Below are positions 33,857 to 43,826 of a DNA stretch of 54,524 nt, piece by piece (positions within the stretch are counted from its first letter, which is position 1; each line of letters starts with the position of its first letter). The notes under the pieces are model-generated. The model saw only the letters and a list, made by a program, of their open reading frames with translations, made no database searches and was not told the origin of the DNA. The DNA lies in the IMG/VR virus record IMGVR_UViG_3300034357_000647, positions 1-54,524 of that record. One strand, given 5' to 3'. Source of the DNA: a virus (lineage: Duplodnaviria; Caudoviricetes). Made by a program: the position numbers and the translations under genes.

Positions 33857-34264
33857 ATGGGAATTAAGAAATATATTGAAACTCCAGAAAAATTACTTGA
33901 ATTATTCATTCAATATAAAGTACAAGTAAAAAGCAATCCAAGATTGAAACACGTATTTGTAGGAAAGGAAGGTCATTCAACTTACGAAGAACTTGAAAGA
34001 CCATTAACAATGGAAGGATTTGAAAACTATGTTTGTGATAAAGGTTTAAATTCAGAATTAAGCCATTACTTCTCAAATAAGGATGGAAGATATTCTGATT
34101 TTGTCGCTGTCTGTTCACGTATTAGGCAAAATATTAGACAAGATCAGATTGAAGGTGGTATGGTTGGTCAATACAATGCAAGTATCACACAAAGATTAAA
34201 TGGATTGAAAGATCAAAGTGAAATTGAATTAAAAAAAGAACCAAGAGTTTTCAATATTGATTAA
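33857..34264 (+). CDS. terS: Terminase small subunit (P22 gp3-like)
   Basis: ETPEKL...RPLTMEGF...IEGGMVGQYNASITQRLNGL; directly before TerL. Confidence 0.85.
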   Translation: MGIKKYIETPEKLLELFIQYKVQVKSNPRLKHVFVGKEGHSTYEELERPLTMEGFENYVCDKGLNSELSHYFSNKDGRYSDFVAVCSRIRQNIRQDQIEGGMVGQYNASITQRLNGLKDQSEIELKKEPRVFNID

Positions 34265-34266
34265 GA

Positions 34267-35457
34267 ATGGCTTTTGAAGTAACAACATCATTAAAGAAAA
34301 TGCTTCGTTTAACAGCGAGGAAAAAAGTAATTCAAGGTGCAACATCATCTGGAAAAACTTATGGGATTATTCCAATTCTTTACGATAGATGTTTAGAGAA
34401 AGATAGAATTAAGGTAACAGTTGTTGCAGAAACATTAAGTTCATTAAAAGAAGGTGCAATTGATATTTTTAAAAACTTTATGTATGATGAAGGAAGGTGG
34501 AATGAGTATGCTTGGAATGCAACATCTTTTACTTATACAACTCAAAATGGTTCAAAACTACAATTTAAATCATTTGATTCAGTAGGTAAAGCAAAAGCAG
34601 GAGGTAAAAGAGATATTCTGTTCTTAAATGAAGCAAATCATATTCCTTATGAAATTGCAGATGCTTTGATGATACGTTCAAGAGAAGTGTGGATGGACTT
34701 TAATGCAGATTCTGAATTTTGGGCACATACACAAGTTCTTACAGAAAAAAATAGTGAGTTCTTAAAACTTACATATTTAGACAATGAATCAATACCAGAT
34801 GAAACACTAGAAGATTTATTGAATCGAAAGGAAAAAGCAGAAGCAGAAGAAAGAGCAGGTCAAAAAGGTTATTGGTGGAATTGGTGGCAGGTTTATGGAC
34901 TTGGCGAAATTGGTTCACTTCAAGGAGTAGTTTTCAATAATTGGAAAACAATTGACTTTGTTCCTGCTGAAGCAAAATTAGTTGGAAGGGGAATGGATTT
35001 TGGATATACAAATGATCCAACAACAATGGTTGATATTTATCAATTCAATGGAGAATACATATTCGATGAAGTTCTTTATAAAACTGGTTTAACAAATCCA
35101 GAAATATGGAGAGAGTTTAAATCAAAGAATTTAGATAATTCTATTTATACAATTGCAGATTCTGCTGAACCTAAATCAATTCAAGAGTTAACAAATTTAG
35201 GGATGAGAGTAAAAGGAGCGGAAAAAGGAAAAGATTCAATCCTTTTCGGTATTCAGAAAATGCAGGAGCACGAATTCAAAGTAACTCAAAGAAGTATAAA
35301 TTTAATTAAAGAGTTAAGAAGTTACAGTTGGGATAAAGATAGAGAAGGAAATCAATTGAATAGACCACAAGATTCAAATAATCATTTAATTGATGCATGT
35401 AGATATTTCTTTTTATCTAAACCAAATTCAGTAAAACCAAAATCAAGATTAATATGA
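34267..35457 (+). CDS. terL: Terminase large subunit (PBSX-like)
   Basis: QGATSSGKT, FLNEAN, YGLGE, GMDFGYTNDPT, ADSAEPKSI, NHLIDACRY. Confidence 0.95.
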   Translation: MAFEVTTSLKKMLRLTARKKVIQGATSSGKTYGIIPILYDRCLEKDRIKVTVVAETLSSLKEGAIDIFKNFMYDEGRWNEYAWNATSFTYTTQNGSKLQFKSFDSVGKAKAGGKRDILFLNEANHIPYEIADALMIRSREVWMDFNADSEFWAHTQVLTEKNSEFLKLTYLDNESIPDETLEDLLNRKEKAEAEERAGQKGYWWNWWQVYGLGEIGSLQGVVFNNWKTIDFVPAEAKLVGRGMDFGYTNDPTTMVDIYQFNGEYIFDEVLYKTGLTNPEIWREFKSKNLDNSIYTIADSAEPKSIQELTNLGMRVKGAEKGKDSILFGIQKMQEHEFKVTQRSINLIKELRSYSWDKDREGNQLNRPQDSNNHLIDACRYFFLSKPNSVKPKSRLI

Positions 35458-36179
35458 TAAGATTCAAAACTAAAATAGGCGACTTTAATTTGGCCACAAG
35501 TTATTCAGATATAACCTGCAGGGAGTATAAACAAATGCGAGATAATCCAGAAGATCATATTGCAATCGTAAAAATATTAACTGGATTAACAGAAGATAAA
35601 ATTTTATTTCTTGATTTGGATGAAGTTGCTCAATATTTAGAGTTTTTGAAAGTTCCTGCTTTGGATTCATTAGAAGAAGATTGTTTCATTGATTACGGAA
35701 CTATGAAGATACTTCCAGAAAAAATAAGTCAATGTTCTTATGGTCAAAAAATAGTGGCTACAAAGTATTTATTAAATAATGATATTGAAGGAGTTGTGGC
35801 TACGTATTTACAGCCTTTAGTTTTAGATGGTAAGTTTAATTCAAGTGAAGTCGAAAAAATAAAAGAAAGTCTTTTGGGAATGAATGTTTCTTCAGTTTAT
35901 AGTGCAGGACTTTATTTGATTAATCAGTTAAAAGAAATAGTTGAAAGAGAAGCTGAACTTTTAAAATCAGAAGTAACAGAACAACAAAAAAGGGCGGGAA
36001 TTGAAAGTTTTAATGTACTTGGAGAGTTCAACACTATTGATATGATAGCGAAAGATTATAAGTACACACACAAGGAAGTTGAAGAACTTGAATACGATTT
36101 AATTTTTTTGATATTGTATAAGAATAAATTAACAAGTAACTTTGAAAAGAATTACAGCGAAATAATGAAGGAGCAATGA
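35454..36179 (+). CDS. Hypothetical morphogenesis protein (tail chaperone-like)
   Basis: 241 aa; position only. Confidence 0.55.
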   Translation: MIRFKTKIGDFNLATSYSDITCREYKQMRDNPEDHIAIVKILTGLTEDKILFLDLDEVAQYLEFLKVPALDSLEEDCFIDYGTMKILPEKISQCSYGQKIVATKYLLNNDIEGVVATYLQPLVLDGKFNSSEVEKIKESLLGMNVSSVYSAGLYLINQLKEIVEREAELLKSEVTEQQKRAGIESFNVLGEFNTIDMIAKDYKYTHKEVEELEYDLIFLILYKNKLTSNFEKNYSEIMKEQ

Positions 36180-36619
36180 CAATAAAACAATTAATATCAG
36201 ACAAAGTTGCATTGATGGATGCTAATAATGAAACGTATTCATTTTTACATTCAGAAAAAGATTGGCAAAACCTAAATGCAGATGAAGAAATTCTTCCTGC
36301 TGTTTATATGGATATGCCTATCAAGTACAGAACAAAAACAAGTGTAACTGGATATAAGGAAAAAACCTATATTTTGATGCTTCTGTTTCTTTTTAAATCT
36401 GAATTAGATGATTCACCAGACCAACAAGAAGAAACGTTCTTAAAAGCAGAAAATGCACAGCAACAATTTGAAATCATTTTAGATAATGATTCAGATAATA
36501 TTTCAACATGGACTTCTGGAGAATGTATTCAAGTTTTAAATCTATTCGATTGTAACATGAGTGGAGTGATGATGCCTTTGGAAGTTACTTTGAGAAATAC
36601 AGATTCAGTTTGTTTGTAA
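36176..36619 (+). CDS. Putative tail completion protein
   Basis: Acidic 147 aa alpha/beta pattern; position. Confidence 0.5.
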   Translation: MTIKQLISDKVALMDANNETYSFLHSEKDWQNLNADEEILPAVYMDMPIKYRTKTSVTGYKEKTYILMLLFLFKSELDDSPDQQEETFLKAENAQQQFEIILDNDSDNISTWTSGECIQVLNLFDCNMSGVMMPLEVTLRNTDSVCL

Positions 36620-36659
36620 TAAATAAAAATATTAATAAAAAACCTTAAAAAGTAAACCT

Positions 36660-36884
36660 ATGAGTTTATCAAGACAACAAAAAAGAGCAATGTTTAGACG
36701 TTTAAACGATAATGCAAAGATGCAAGTAGTTCTGGATCGTATCGATAATGTAAACGATATTGAAAAATTAAACGACTTTGAAATTAAAAGAAGTAATCGT
36801 TTAAAAGATATGGCATTCGCTTTATTAGTTTTTTGTAGTGGTATTGTAATGATTTCAATTGTTACTTATTTTTTCACTAGGTGA
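36660..36884 (+). CDS. Small protein with C-terminal TM
   Basis: AFALLVFCSGIVMISIVTYFF. Confidence 0.6.
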   Translation: MSLSRQQKRAMFRRLNDNAKMQVVLDRIDNVNDIEKLNDFEIKRSNRLKDMAFALLVFCSGIVMISIVTYFFTR

Positions 36885-37339
36885 GAACTAATTCAGAAAT
36901 ATTACAGCAGTTTGCAGATGTAATCGTTCCAGAAATGAAAGCAGTTTCAAAACGATTTGCAGATTCAATCGAAGCAGAAGTAACCGACACAAGTTTGGTT
37001 ATAACTGCTTCGCCTTACATTAATGTTTTGATTGATGGTAGAAGACCAACAAGAATTGGAGCACCAAAAGGAAATCCAACGCTTCAGCAAATAATAAGAA
37101 AATGGATTGATGAAAAAGGAATAACTCCAAGAATTGATAAATCTGGAAGGCTCCCAACAAAGGATCAACTTTCATGGGCGATTTCAAAATCAATTCATTT
37201 ATACGGTGATAGACTTTACCAAAGAGGTGGAGGTAATAACATCTATGATAGCATTATTACACCTCAACGAATTGATAATTTATTATCTTTATTGGCAGAC
37301 CAATATTATACGATAATTAAAAGCATTACAGTGAAATGA
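36881..37339 (+). CDS. Putative neck / HK97 gp10-like protein
   Basis: DGRRP...IRKWIDEKGI...AISKSIHLYG. Confidence 0.6.
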   Translation: MRTNSEILQQFADVIVPEMKAVSKRFADSIEAEVTDTSLVITASPYINVLIDGRRPTRIGAPKGNPTLQQIIRKWIDEKGITPRIDKSGRLPTKDQLSWAISKSIHLYGDRLYQRGGGNNIYDSIITPQRIDNLLSLLADQYYTIIKSITVK

Positions 37340-38397
37340 GTTTACAAGTAATTAAACAGCCATTAGTTAATATCAACGGACATCTTTCTAAATGGAACAG
37401 CGTTCACCAATCAATCGAATTTCAATTACAAAGAAGTGATTTTGGTTTAACTTTTAGACAAAAAATATCTGGATTTGTAAGATTAAAAATTGCAGGAACA
37501 ATTCCTTCATCAGTTCAAGTCGGACATACTTTGAAATTCAAAACTTTGAATGTTGTTACAACTGCAAAAATAACTCAATTAATACAGCCAAATATTATCG
37601 TTACAGATTCAACACTTGCAGGAACTGTTTATGGTGGTACAGTAATCTTTACAGAATCATATAAAAATTACTATGTTGAAACTGAAATTTTCGGAGTTAA
37701 CGATTCAAATGTTTATGTAAGTTTAGGAACTTCAAGAAATACACCAACTCCAGAAGGTATTGTAAAAATAAATGTTCAAGAATGGTTAAGAACTCAAACC
37801 GAATTTGAAAATCAATTTGCTTATAACGTAATCAACAAAATGATTAGAGGTGAAGGAACAAGATTTAATATTCGATATAGGGAAAACTATAATGGAAATA
37901 CTTATGGTTATTCAACGCTATCATCTTTAAATTTATTTTATTGGAGTAATTCAGCAAAACAAATTCAAGAAGCTTACGGGCAAAATATGGGTGATTACGT
38001 TCCAACATTAGACAATGCAAGAACTCAAAAAGCAAAGTTTCAATCTGTATTTAAAAAACCGACTTACTTTCCTGGTTATCCTTTTTCAATGAACTTTATT
38101 TATTCTGATAATTTAACAAGTTACCAGATAATAAGAAAAGAAAAAACATTTAATTTGAATGGAGTTGAGATAGCAGAAACAAGTACAAACTTATTAATGA
38201 GCCAAAGACAAAACGCGAACAGGTTAATGTTGAAAGAAGGTTATACTTCAAATGTTAAAACGATTGATTTGTGGCTTGAATCTGGATCATTAAATCCAAA
38301 TGATGCTTTCAATAATAATGGAATATTTACTCCTGCAGTATTTAATCCTTTTAAACCTTTGGAATCAATTTTCTTACCTCAACAATTTGAAAGATGA
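37336..38397 (+). CDS. Putative tail structural protein
   Basis: 353 aa beta-rich, in tail cluster. Confidence 0.6.
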   Translation: MSLQVIKQPLVNINGHLSKWNSVHQSIEFQLQRSDFGLTFRQKISGFVRLKIAGTIPSSVQVGHTLKFKTLNVVTTAKITQLIQPNIIVTDSTLAGTVYGGTVIFTESYKNYYVETEIFGVNDSNVYVSLGTSRNTPTPEGIVKINVQEWLRTQTEFENQFAYNVINKMIRGEGTRFNIRYRENYNGNTYGYSTLSSLNLFYWSNSAKQIQEAYGQNMGDYVPTLDNARTQKAKFQSVFKKPTYFPGYPFSMNFIYSDNLTSYQIIRKEKTFNLNGVEIAETSTNLLMSQRQNANRLMLKEGYTSNVKTIDLWLESGSLNPNDAFNNNGIFTPAVFNPFKPLESIFLPQQFER

Positions 38398-38855
38398 TAA
38401 TTACAGAAATTAAAAAAATAAAAGTTAATCGTGAATGCGTAAAGAATCCAATCTTCGTTTCATGGTTGAATACATATGGAGGTCGTGAACATTGGTTATT
38501 TTCTGGAGTTCAAACAATAGGATTAACAACAAGCGAGAAAGGAGAGTTTGAACCTTTCATTACTGATTTACAAAATTCAAGAGGGCAAATAAAAACAACT
38601 GAAATTGGAGCAGTTCCACAATTAATTGTGAATGCCTATGTTGATATTGAAGATGTTCAAGGATTGAAAACAATTCTGTATTCAACTTGTGTTGAAATGT
38701 TAATGAACCCAAATGAATGGAGTTCAACAGTTGCACCAATTTGGCAAATTATAAGACCGAAAACTGGATCATTTAAAATTTCCAACACGAATGAAACTCA
38801 TACAACAATAGAAATATCTTTTGACTTACCATACATTTACACACAAAGACAATGA
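38394..38855 (+). CDS. Putative distal tail protein
   Basis: WLNTYGGREHWLF motif. Confidence 0.6.
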   Translation: MIITEIKKIKVNRECVKNPIFVSWLNTYGGREHWLFSGVQTIGLTTSEKGEFEPFITDLQNSRGQIKTTEIGAVPQLIVNAYVDIEDVQGLKTILYSTCVEMLMNPNEWSSTVAPIWQIIRPKTGSFKISNTNETHTTIEISFDLPYIYTQRQ

Positions 38856-40798
38856 ATCAATTAATTGTTAACGGTAAAGAAATGATTTTATCCGATCAAA
38901 CAAGGATTGGAATAACATATCAAGCGAATAACATTGGAGAGCTTCAGAATAGACAAGGAACGTTTACAAATACATTTAAACTTCCAATCGTTCGTGAAAA
39001 TATTGAAGCATTGAAACTTGTTAATCAAATGACAAGTACAACTGTTTTGCCTTATAGAAAATTATCTGCAACATATATTGAAAATGGTATTGAAATAATA
39101 GGAAATGGAACAGCTACGATTGTAAGTATTGATTCAAATTTCATTAATATGAACATCATTTCTGGAAATGTAGATTTACTTGAAGCAATTGGAGATTTAA
39201 CAGTTGGAGATTTATATTTAAATGATCAAGTTTTTCCATGGACTATTGATGTTGCTGTTTTATTAAGAAGTGGAACAGCATATCTTGTTTATCCATTAGT
39301 TGACTTTTATATTAATGAAGATAATATTTTTGATGGAGATACAATAGTTGACATTCGTAATATGTTACCATGTTGTAATGTAAAAGAAATGTTTAATAGG
39401 CTTTCAGATTATATTGGATTTAATTTTAATGGAGATTATTTGACAAGTTCAGAACATTTAAAAATGATTCTTACACCTTCAGATTTAAGTGTAAAAGAAG
39501 AAAACCTTTTATTGCTTAAAACTGGATCAACTGATACATTAGGAACGTGGTCAAAAACAATAACTACAATTCATAATGCTACAACGAATGTTGATTTCTA
39601 TACCGATCCAAGTTATAATATTTCAGATGGAGATTTTTTAGGAAATTCAGTAAATGTTTTAAATGAAGTAAATGGAACATTATCATTTGTTTCTGATATA
39701 GCAGTTATTTATGCTTCAAATGTTGTAAACGTATTAGGTCAAACATTCAATTATGAGATTACAATGGTTTATCAAATCGTTGATGATCTTGATGTTGTTG
39801 TTTCTGAATATACAGAAGCTCCTCAATATGTAACATCTTTTCCTACAACTTTAAATTATGTTGCCAATATTAATACTGGAGATATTCTTTTAACTCCTGC
39901 AAGAACATATAGAACAAGAATAAGATTAATATGTGATGCAGTTCTTGGAGATACAAATATTACAGTAAAAGCAAGTACTTCTTCAAGTAAATTTACATTT
40001 ACTCCTTCTGGAAAAATTACTCATTTAACTGATACGAATTTTTCTGATTTATACAGAATGAAGGTTAAGGATGTATTAAAAGATATTTTGAATTTAAGAG
40101 GAGTTGTAATTCAAACGAATGGTTATACCAGAAACGTTCAATTCAATTACTTTGATGATATTATAAAAAATAAATCGATTGCAGAAGATTGGAGTGAAAA
40201 GGTTCAAAAAGGAAGTTTAGCAATGAGCTTTCAATTTGGAAATTATGCACAAAAGAATTGGATGCGTTTTAAAGATAGGGATGATGTAACCGATCAATTA
40301 GGAGATTATTATTTTACTATTGATAATGAAAACTTTGAAGCTGAAAAAACAGTTGTTCAATTAAATCATCCTGCAACAGAACAAGCAGGAAAATATTTAG
40401 GATATAATATTCCAAAGGTACAAGCATTTGATAATAACTATGTATGGAACAAACCAGATTGGAGGTTGTTACAATTAGAAGTTCAGAACACTTCATTTAA
40501 TGTTGCTTATACAGATGGAACAACAACAATAAATAAAAATACTTACATTCCATTTGCAAAGTTTATTGGGTTTGAAAAAACAATACCAGAATTTTATGAA
40601 GCACTTTCTGGAATACTTGACAAAACAAAGGCAATTAAACTTCCAATTAAACTTTCAGCAAAGGAAATTTCGGAGTTGAATTTCATTATACCAAAATATT
40701 TACACGTTCCAGAAATTGGAATTGATGGATATTTTTATTTAAACAAAATTGAAAACTACAAAGGTGATATAACACTTTGTGAATTTGTACGATTATGA
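38852..40798 (+). CDS. Putative tail tip/baseplate hub protein
   Basis: N-terminal FTNTFKLP...N and C-terminal YFYLNKIENY...CEFVRL; before tape measure. Confidence 0.65.
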   Translation: MNQLIVNGKEMILSDQTRIGITYQANNIGELQNRQGTFTNTFKLPIVRENIEALKLVNQMTSTTVLPYRKLSATYIENGIEIIGNGTATIVSIDSNFINMNIISGNVDLLEAIGDLTVGDLYLNDQVFPWTIDVAVLLRSGTAYLVYPLVDFYINEDNIFDGDTIVDIRNMLPCCNVKEMFNRLSDYIGFNFNGDYLTSSEHLKMILTPSDLSVKEENLLLLKTGSTDTLGTWSKTITTIHNATTNVDFYTDPSYNISDGDFLGNSVNVLNEVNGTLSFVSDIAVIYASNVVNVLGQTFNYEITMVYQIVDDLDVVVSEYTEAPQYVTSFPTTLNYVANINTGDILLTPARTYRTRIRLICDAVLGDTNITVKASTSSSKFTFTPSGKITHLTDTNFSDLYRMKVKDVLKDILNLRGVVIQTNGYTRNVQFNYFDDIIKNKSIAEDWSEKVQKGSLAMSFQFGNYAQKNWMRFKDRDDVTDQLGDYYFTIDNENFEAEKTVVQLNHPATEQAGKYLGYNIPKVQAFDNNYVWNKPDWRLLQLEVQNTSFNVAYTDGTTTINKNTYIPFAKFIGFEKTIPEFYEALSGILDKTKAIKLPIKLSAKEISELNFIIPKYLHVPEIGIDGYFYLNKIENYKGDITLCEFVRL

Positions 40799-43581
40799 GC
40801 GAAACAAAAACAGTATTATTAAAAGTTGAACTTGATGTTGCAAGTTTAAAAAAGAATAGTGAAGAAGCTTCAAAGAAATTAGAGGAGCTTAAAGTCAAAC
40901 AAGCTATTCTGAAAAACGAAAATAAGCAGGGAACAGTTGAGTATGCCAAATTAGCAAATGAAATCAGAGCAACTTCAAAACAGCTTAAAGATAATGCAAG
41001 TGCAATTGAAATTAATGATAGATTAAGCCAAAAAAATACTGGATCAATTGTTGAGATGCGTGAAGCTTTAAAATCTGGAATAATTGCATTTAATAATTTA
41101 ACACAAGAACAAAGAGTAAATTCAGAAGAAGGAAAAAGACTTCAAGAACAAAACCTTGCATTAAAAAAATCAATTAATGAACAAGAAGAAGCAGTTGGAA
41201 ATTTTACTGGATCGGTTGGTAATTATGCAAAAGGTATTCTTGGATTGAAACAAGAATTGAAAGATTTAAAAAGTCAAATGGTTGGTCTTGATGCAGGATC
41301 AGAAGAATATCAAAAAGCAACACAAAGAGCAGGAGAACTTGGAGATAAAATAAAAGAAGTAAATGAAAATGTTAAGGCTTCTTCTGGTGGAACTGGTTTT
41401 GAACAAATGTCTAATAACATTGGATTAATAAAAGGAGATTTAGAAAATTTAGACTTTGCAGGAGTTTCAGAAAAAATGAAACAAATGGCTGTAATTTCTA
41501 AATCAATGACATTCAAAGAAGCTTTAGGTGGTTTGAAAAGCATGGGATCTGCATTAATTTCATTAGGAAAAACAATCCTTATGAATCCTATGTTTTTAAT
41601 GGTTGGAGCAATTGTAGGAATAGTTGCAGCATTAAAGATGTGGAATGATTCAGTTGAACAAGATGCAATTCTTGCTCAAGAAATGCACACGGCAGCAATT
41701 GAAAAAAACTTAAAAGCTATTGAAAGACAAAAAACAAATATGGCAACAGTTTCAGACTTAATAATTAAAAGAGCTGAACTTGAAGGGAAATCTTTAGAGG
41801 AAATAAATGCTTTAAAGATTGAAAACATGAAGAAAGATAATGCCTTACTTCAAAAATTAGCAGATGAACAATGGAAAAAAAGAGAGGACACAATAAAGCA
41901 GTTAAATATTGCTATGAAAAAAGGTACTGCGGACGAGGTAAAGGAATTAGTTGAAAGAGCAAATAATGAATTGGAAGCATATCAAAATTCTAAATTTGAA
42001 TTAGACTTATATCAAACAAAAAAATCATTAGCAGTTAAACAAGCTTACAAAGATATTGAAGAAAGAGATAAGGCACACAATGAAAAATTAAAAGCAGAAG
42101 CAGAAAAACAATATAATGATAGATTAGCAATTGAAAGACGTTTAAGTGATTTAATATTGCAGGGAAAAGAACTATCATATGAAGAAGAAAAACAGCAATT
42201 AGATGCAAAGTATGAGTTTTTAACAAATACTTCAAAAGATAATGCAAAAGAATTAGTGGATATTGAATCAGCAAAACTTATTGAATTACAAAAGCTAAAT
42301 GATAAGCATAGACAAATTGAAATAGATTCTGTAAATGAAAACTATAAAAGACAAATTGAAGATGCAAAAGGAAATAAAAAAGAAATTACATTATTAAAAC
42401 AAAATCAAGTAAAAGAAATAAAAATTATTGATGATAAATATATTAATGATTCTAAAAGAGCAGAAATTGATTTAGCTAATTTCAAACTGGAAACAGAAAA
42501 TAATATTGAAAAAGAAAAAATTGATATTAAACAAAATATTGCATTACTTGAAGCTGAAATAAATTTAGAAAAAGTAAAAGGAACAGAACAAGAGTTTGCT
42601 GCATGGAGTGAATTACAATTTGCAAAGTTTAGAATACTTGAAGAAAATTACAATTTAGATTTAGAGAAGTATAAAAACAATGAAGAAAAGAAAAAAGAAA
42701 TTGATTTAGAGTTTCAGAAAGATTCATTGGAATTACAAAAACAAACTTTTAATAAGCAGGATGATAATTCTAAAAAACAAGTTGAAAAAACAAAAGAACA
42801 AAAGAAAGATGAAATCCTGGCGATTGTTAACGCTACTCAACAACTTACAGATTCTTTATTTCAGATTCAACAAAATCAAATTCAAGCTGAATTAAATAAG
42901 GATAAAGATAAATATGATGAAAAACAAAATTTATTAAAACAGCAACTTGATGCAGGGATTATTTCACAAGCGGAATTTAATGCTCAAAAAAGTAAACTTG
43001 ATTCTGATTATGCAAAGCAAGAAGCGAAATTAAAAAAAGAAGCTTTTGAAAAAAACAAACAAGCTCAATTAATTAATGCGATTATAGCAACAGCGACTGG
43101 AGTTGCTCAATCACTTCCAAATTTAGTTTTAGCAGGAATTGCAGCTGCATTAGGTGCTGTTCAAGTTGCAACAATTGTTTCACAGCCTACACCGAAATTT
43201 GAAAAAGGTGGTATGTTTGGAGGGAAGCCACATTCAGCAGGTGGAACGAAAGGATATTTTGATGATGGAACACAAATTGAAGTGGAAAAAGATGAAGCAT
43301 TCTTCATTCTTAATAAACGATCTTCAGCAATGATTAATCAATTAAGTAGCTTGAATCAGTTAGGTGGTGGAGTTTCTTTCTTTCAGAATGGTGGTGGAGT
43401 TAAATTTGCACAAGGTGGAGCAGTTGGAACTGGAATAAGCACTTCGATTGAAAATAGAATTGAAATGCAAAACCAAATGATTAGAGCATTTCAATTAATG
43501 CCTAATCCAGTTGTTGCAGTTCAAGATATTAATGATGGAGTACGAAATTATGTTAACCTTGTTAATAGAGCAGAATTTTAA
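40795..43581 (+). CDS. Tail tape measure protein
   Basis: 928 aa helical with hydrophobic patches, VGNYA motif, C-terminal FEKGG...GKPHSAGG. Confidence 0.85.
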   Translation: MSETKTVLLKVELDVASLKKNSEEASKKLEELKVKQAILKNENKQGTVEYAKLANEIRATSKQLKDNASAIEINDRLSQKNTGSIVEMREALKSGIIAFNNLTQEQRVNSEEGKRLQEQNLALKKSINEQEEAVGNFTGSVGNYAKGILGLKQELKDLKSQMVGLDAGSEEYQKATQRAGELGDKIKEVNENVKASSGGTGFEQMSNNIGLIKGDLENLDFAGVSEKMKQMAVISKSMTFKEALGGLKSMGSALISLGKTILMNPMFLMVGAIVGIVAALKMWNDSVEQDAILAQEMHTAAIEKNLKAIERQKTNMATVSDLIIKRAELEGKSLEEINALKIENMKKDNALLQKLADEQWKKREDTIKQLNIAMKKGTADEVKELVERANNELEAYQNSKFELDLYQTKKSLAVKQAYKDIEERDKAHNEKLKAEAEKQYNDRLAIERRLSDLILQGKELSYEEEKQQLDAKYEFLTNTSKDNAKELVDIESAKLIELQKLNDKHRQIEIDSVNENYKRQIEDAKGNKKEITLLKQNQVKEIKIIDDKYINDSKRAEIDLANFKLETENNIEKEKIDIKQNIALLEAEINLEKVKGTEQEFAAWSELQFAKFRILEENYNLDLEKYKNNEEKKKEIDLEFQKDSLELQKQTFNKQDDNSKKQVEKTKEQKKDEILAIVNATQQLTDSLFQIQQNQIQAELNKDKDKYDEKQNLLKQQLDAGIISQAEFNAQKSKLDSDYAKQEAKLKKEAFEKNKQAQLINAIIATATGVAQSLPNLVLAGIAAALGAVQVATIVSQPTPKFEKGGMFGGKPHSAGGTKGYFDDGTQIEVEKDEAFFILNKRSSAMINQLSSLNQLGGGVSFFQNGGGVKFAQGGAVGTGISTSIENRIEMQNQMIRAFQLMPNPVVAVQDINDGVRNYVNLVNRAEF

Positions 43582-43593
43582 TACCTTTGAAAA

Positions 43594-43818
43594 ATGGCAA
43601 TAGATATTTTAGATAAATTACACGAAAGTGGAGAGTTAAGAGAATTGGTCCATGCGGGACTGATTTCTCACAACGTTATTTTTTGGAGGAAAATTTACCA
43701 TGCTTACCATTCACAAATGGAAAAAGGTGAAAAGAGTACTCAAGCAGTTTCAGATGTGGCAGATGTATTTGGAATATCTGATAGAATGGTTTACAGAATT
43801 TTACAAAGGTTTAAATAA
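43594..43818 (+). CDS. Small HTH protein
   Basis: AVSDVADVFGISDRMVYRIL. Confidence 0.75.
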   Translation: MAIDILDKLHESGELRELVHAGLISHNVIFWRKIYHAYHSQMEKGEKSTQAVSDVADVFGISDRMVYRILQRFK

Positions 43819-43826
43819 ATAGAAAA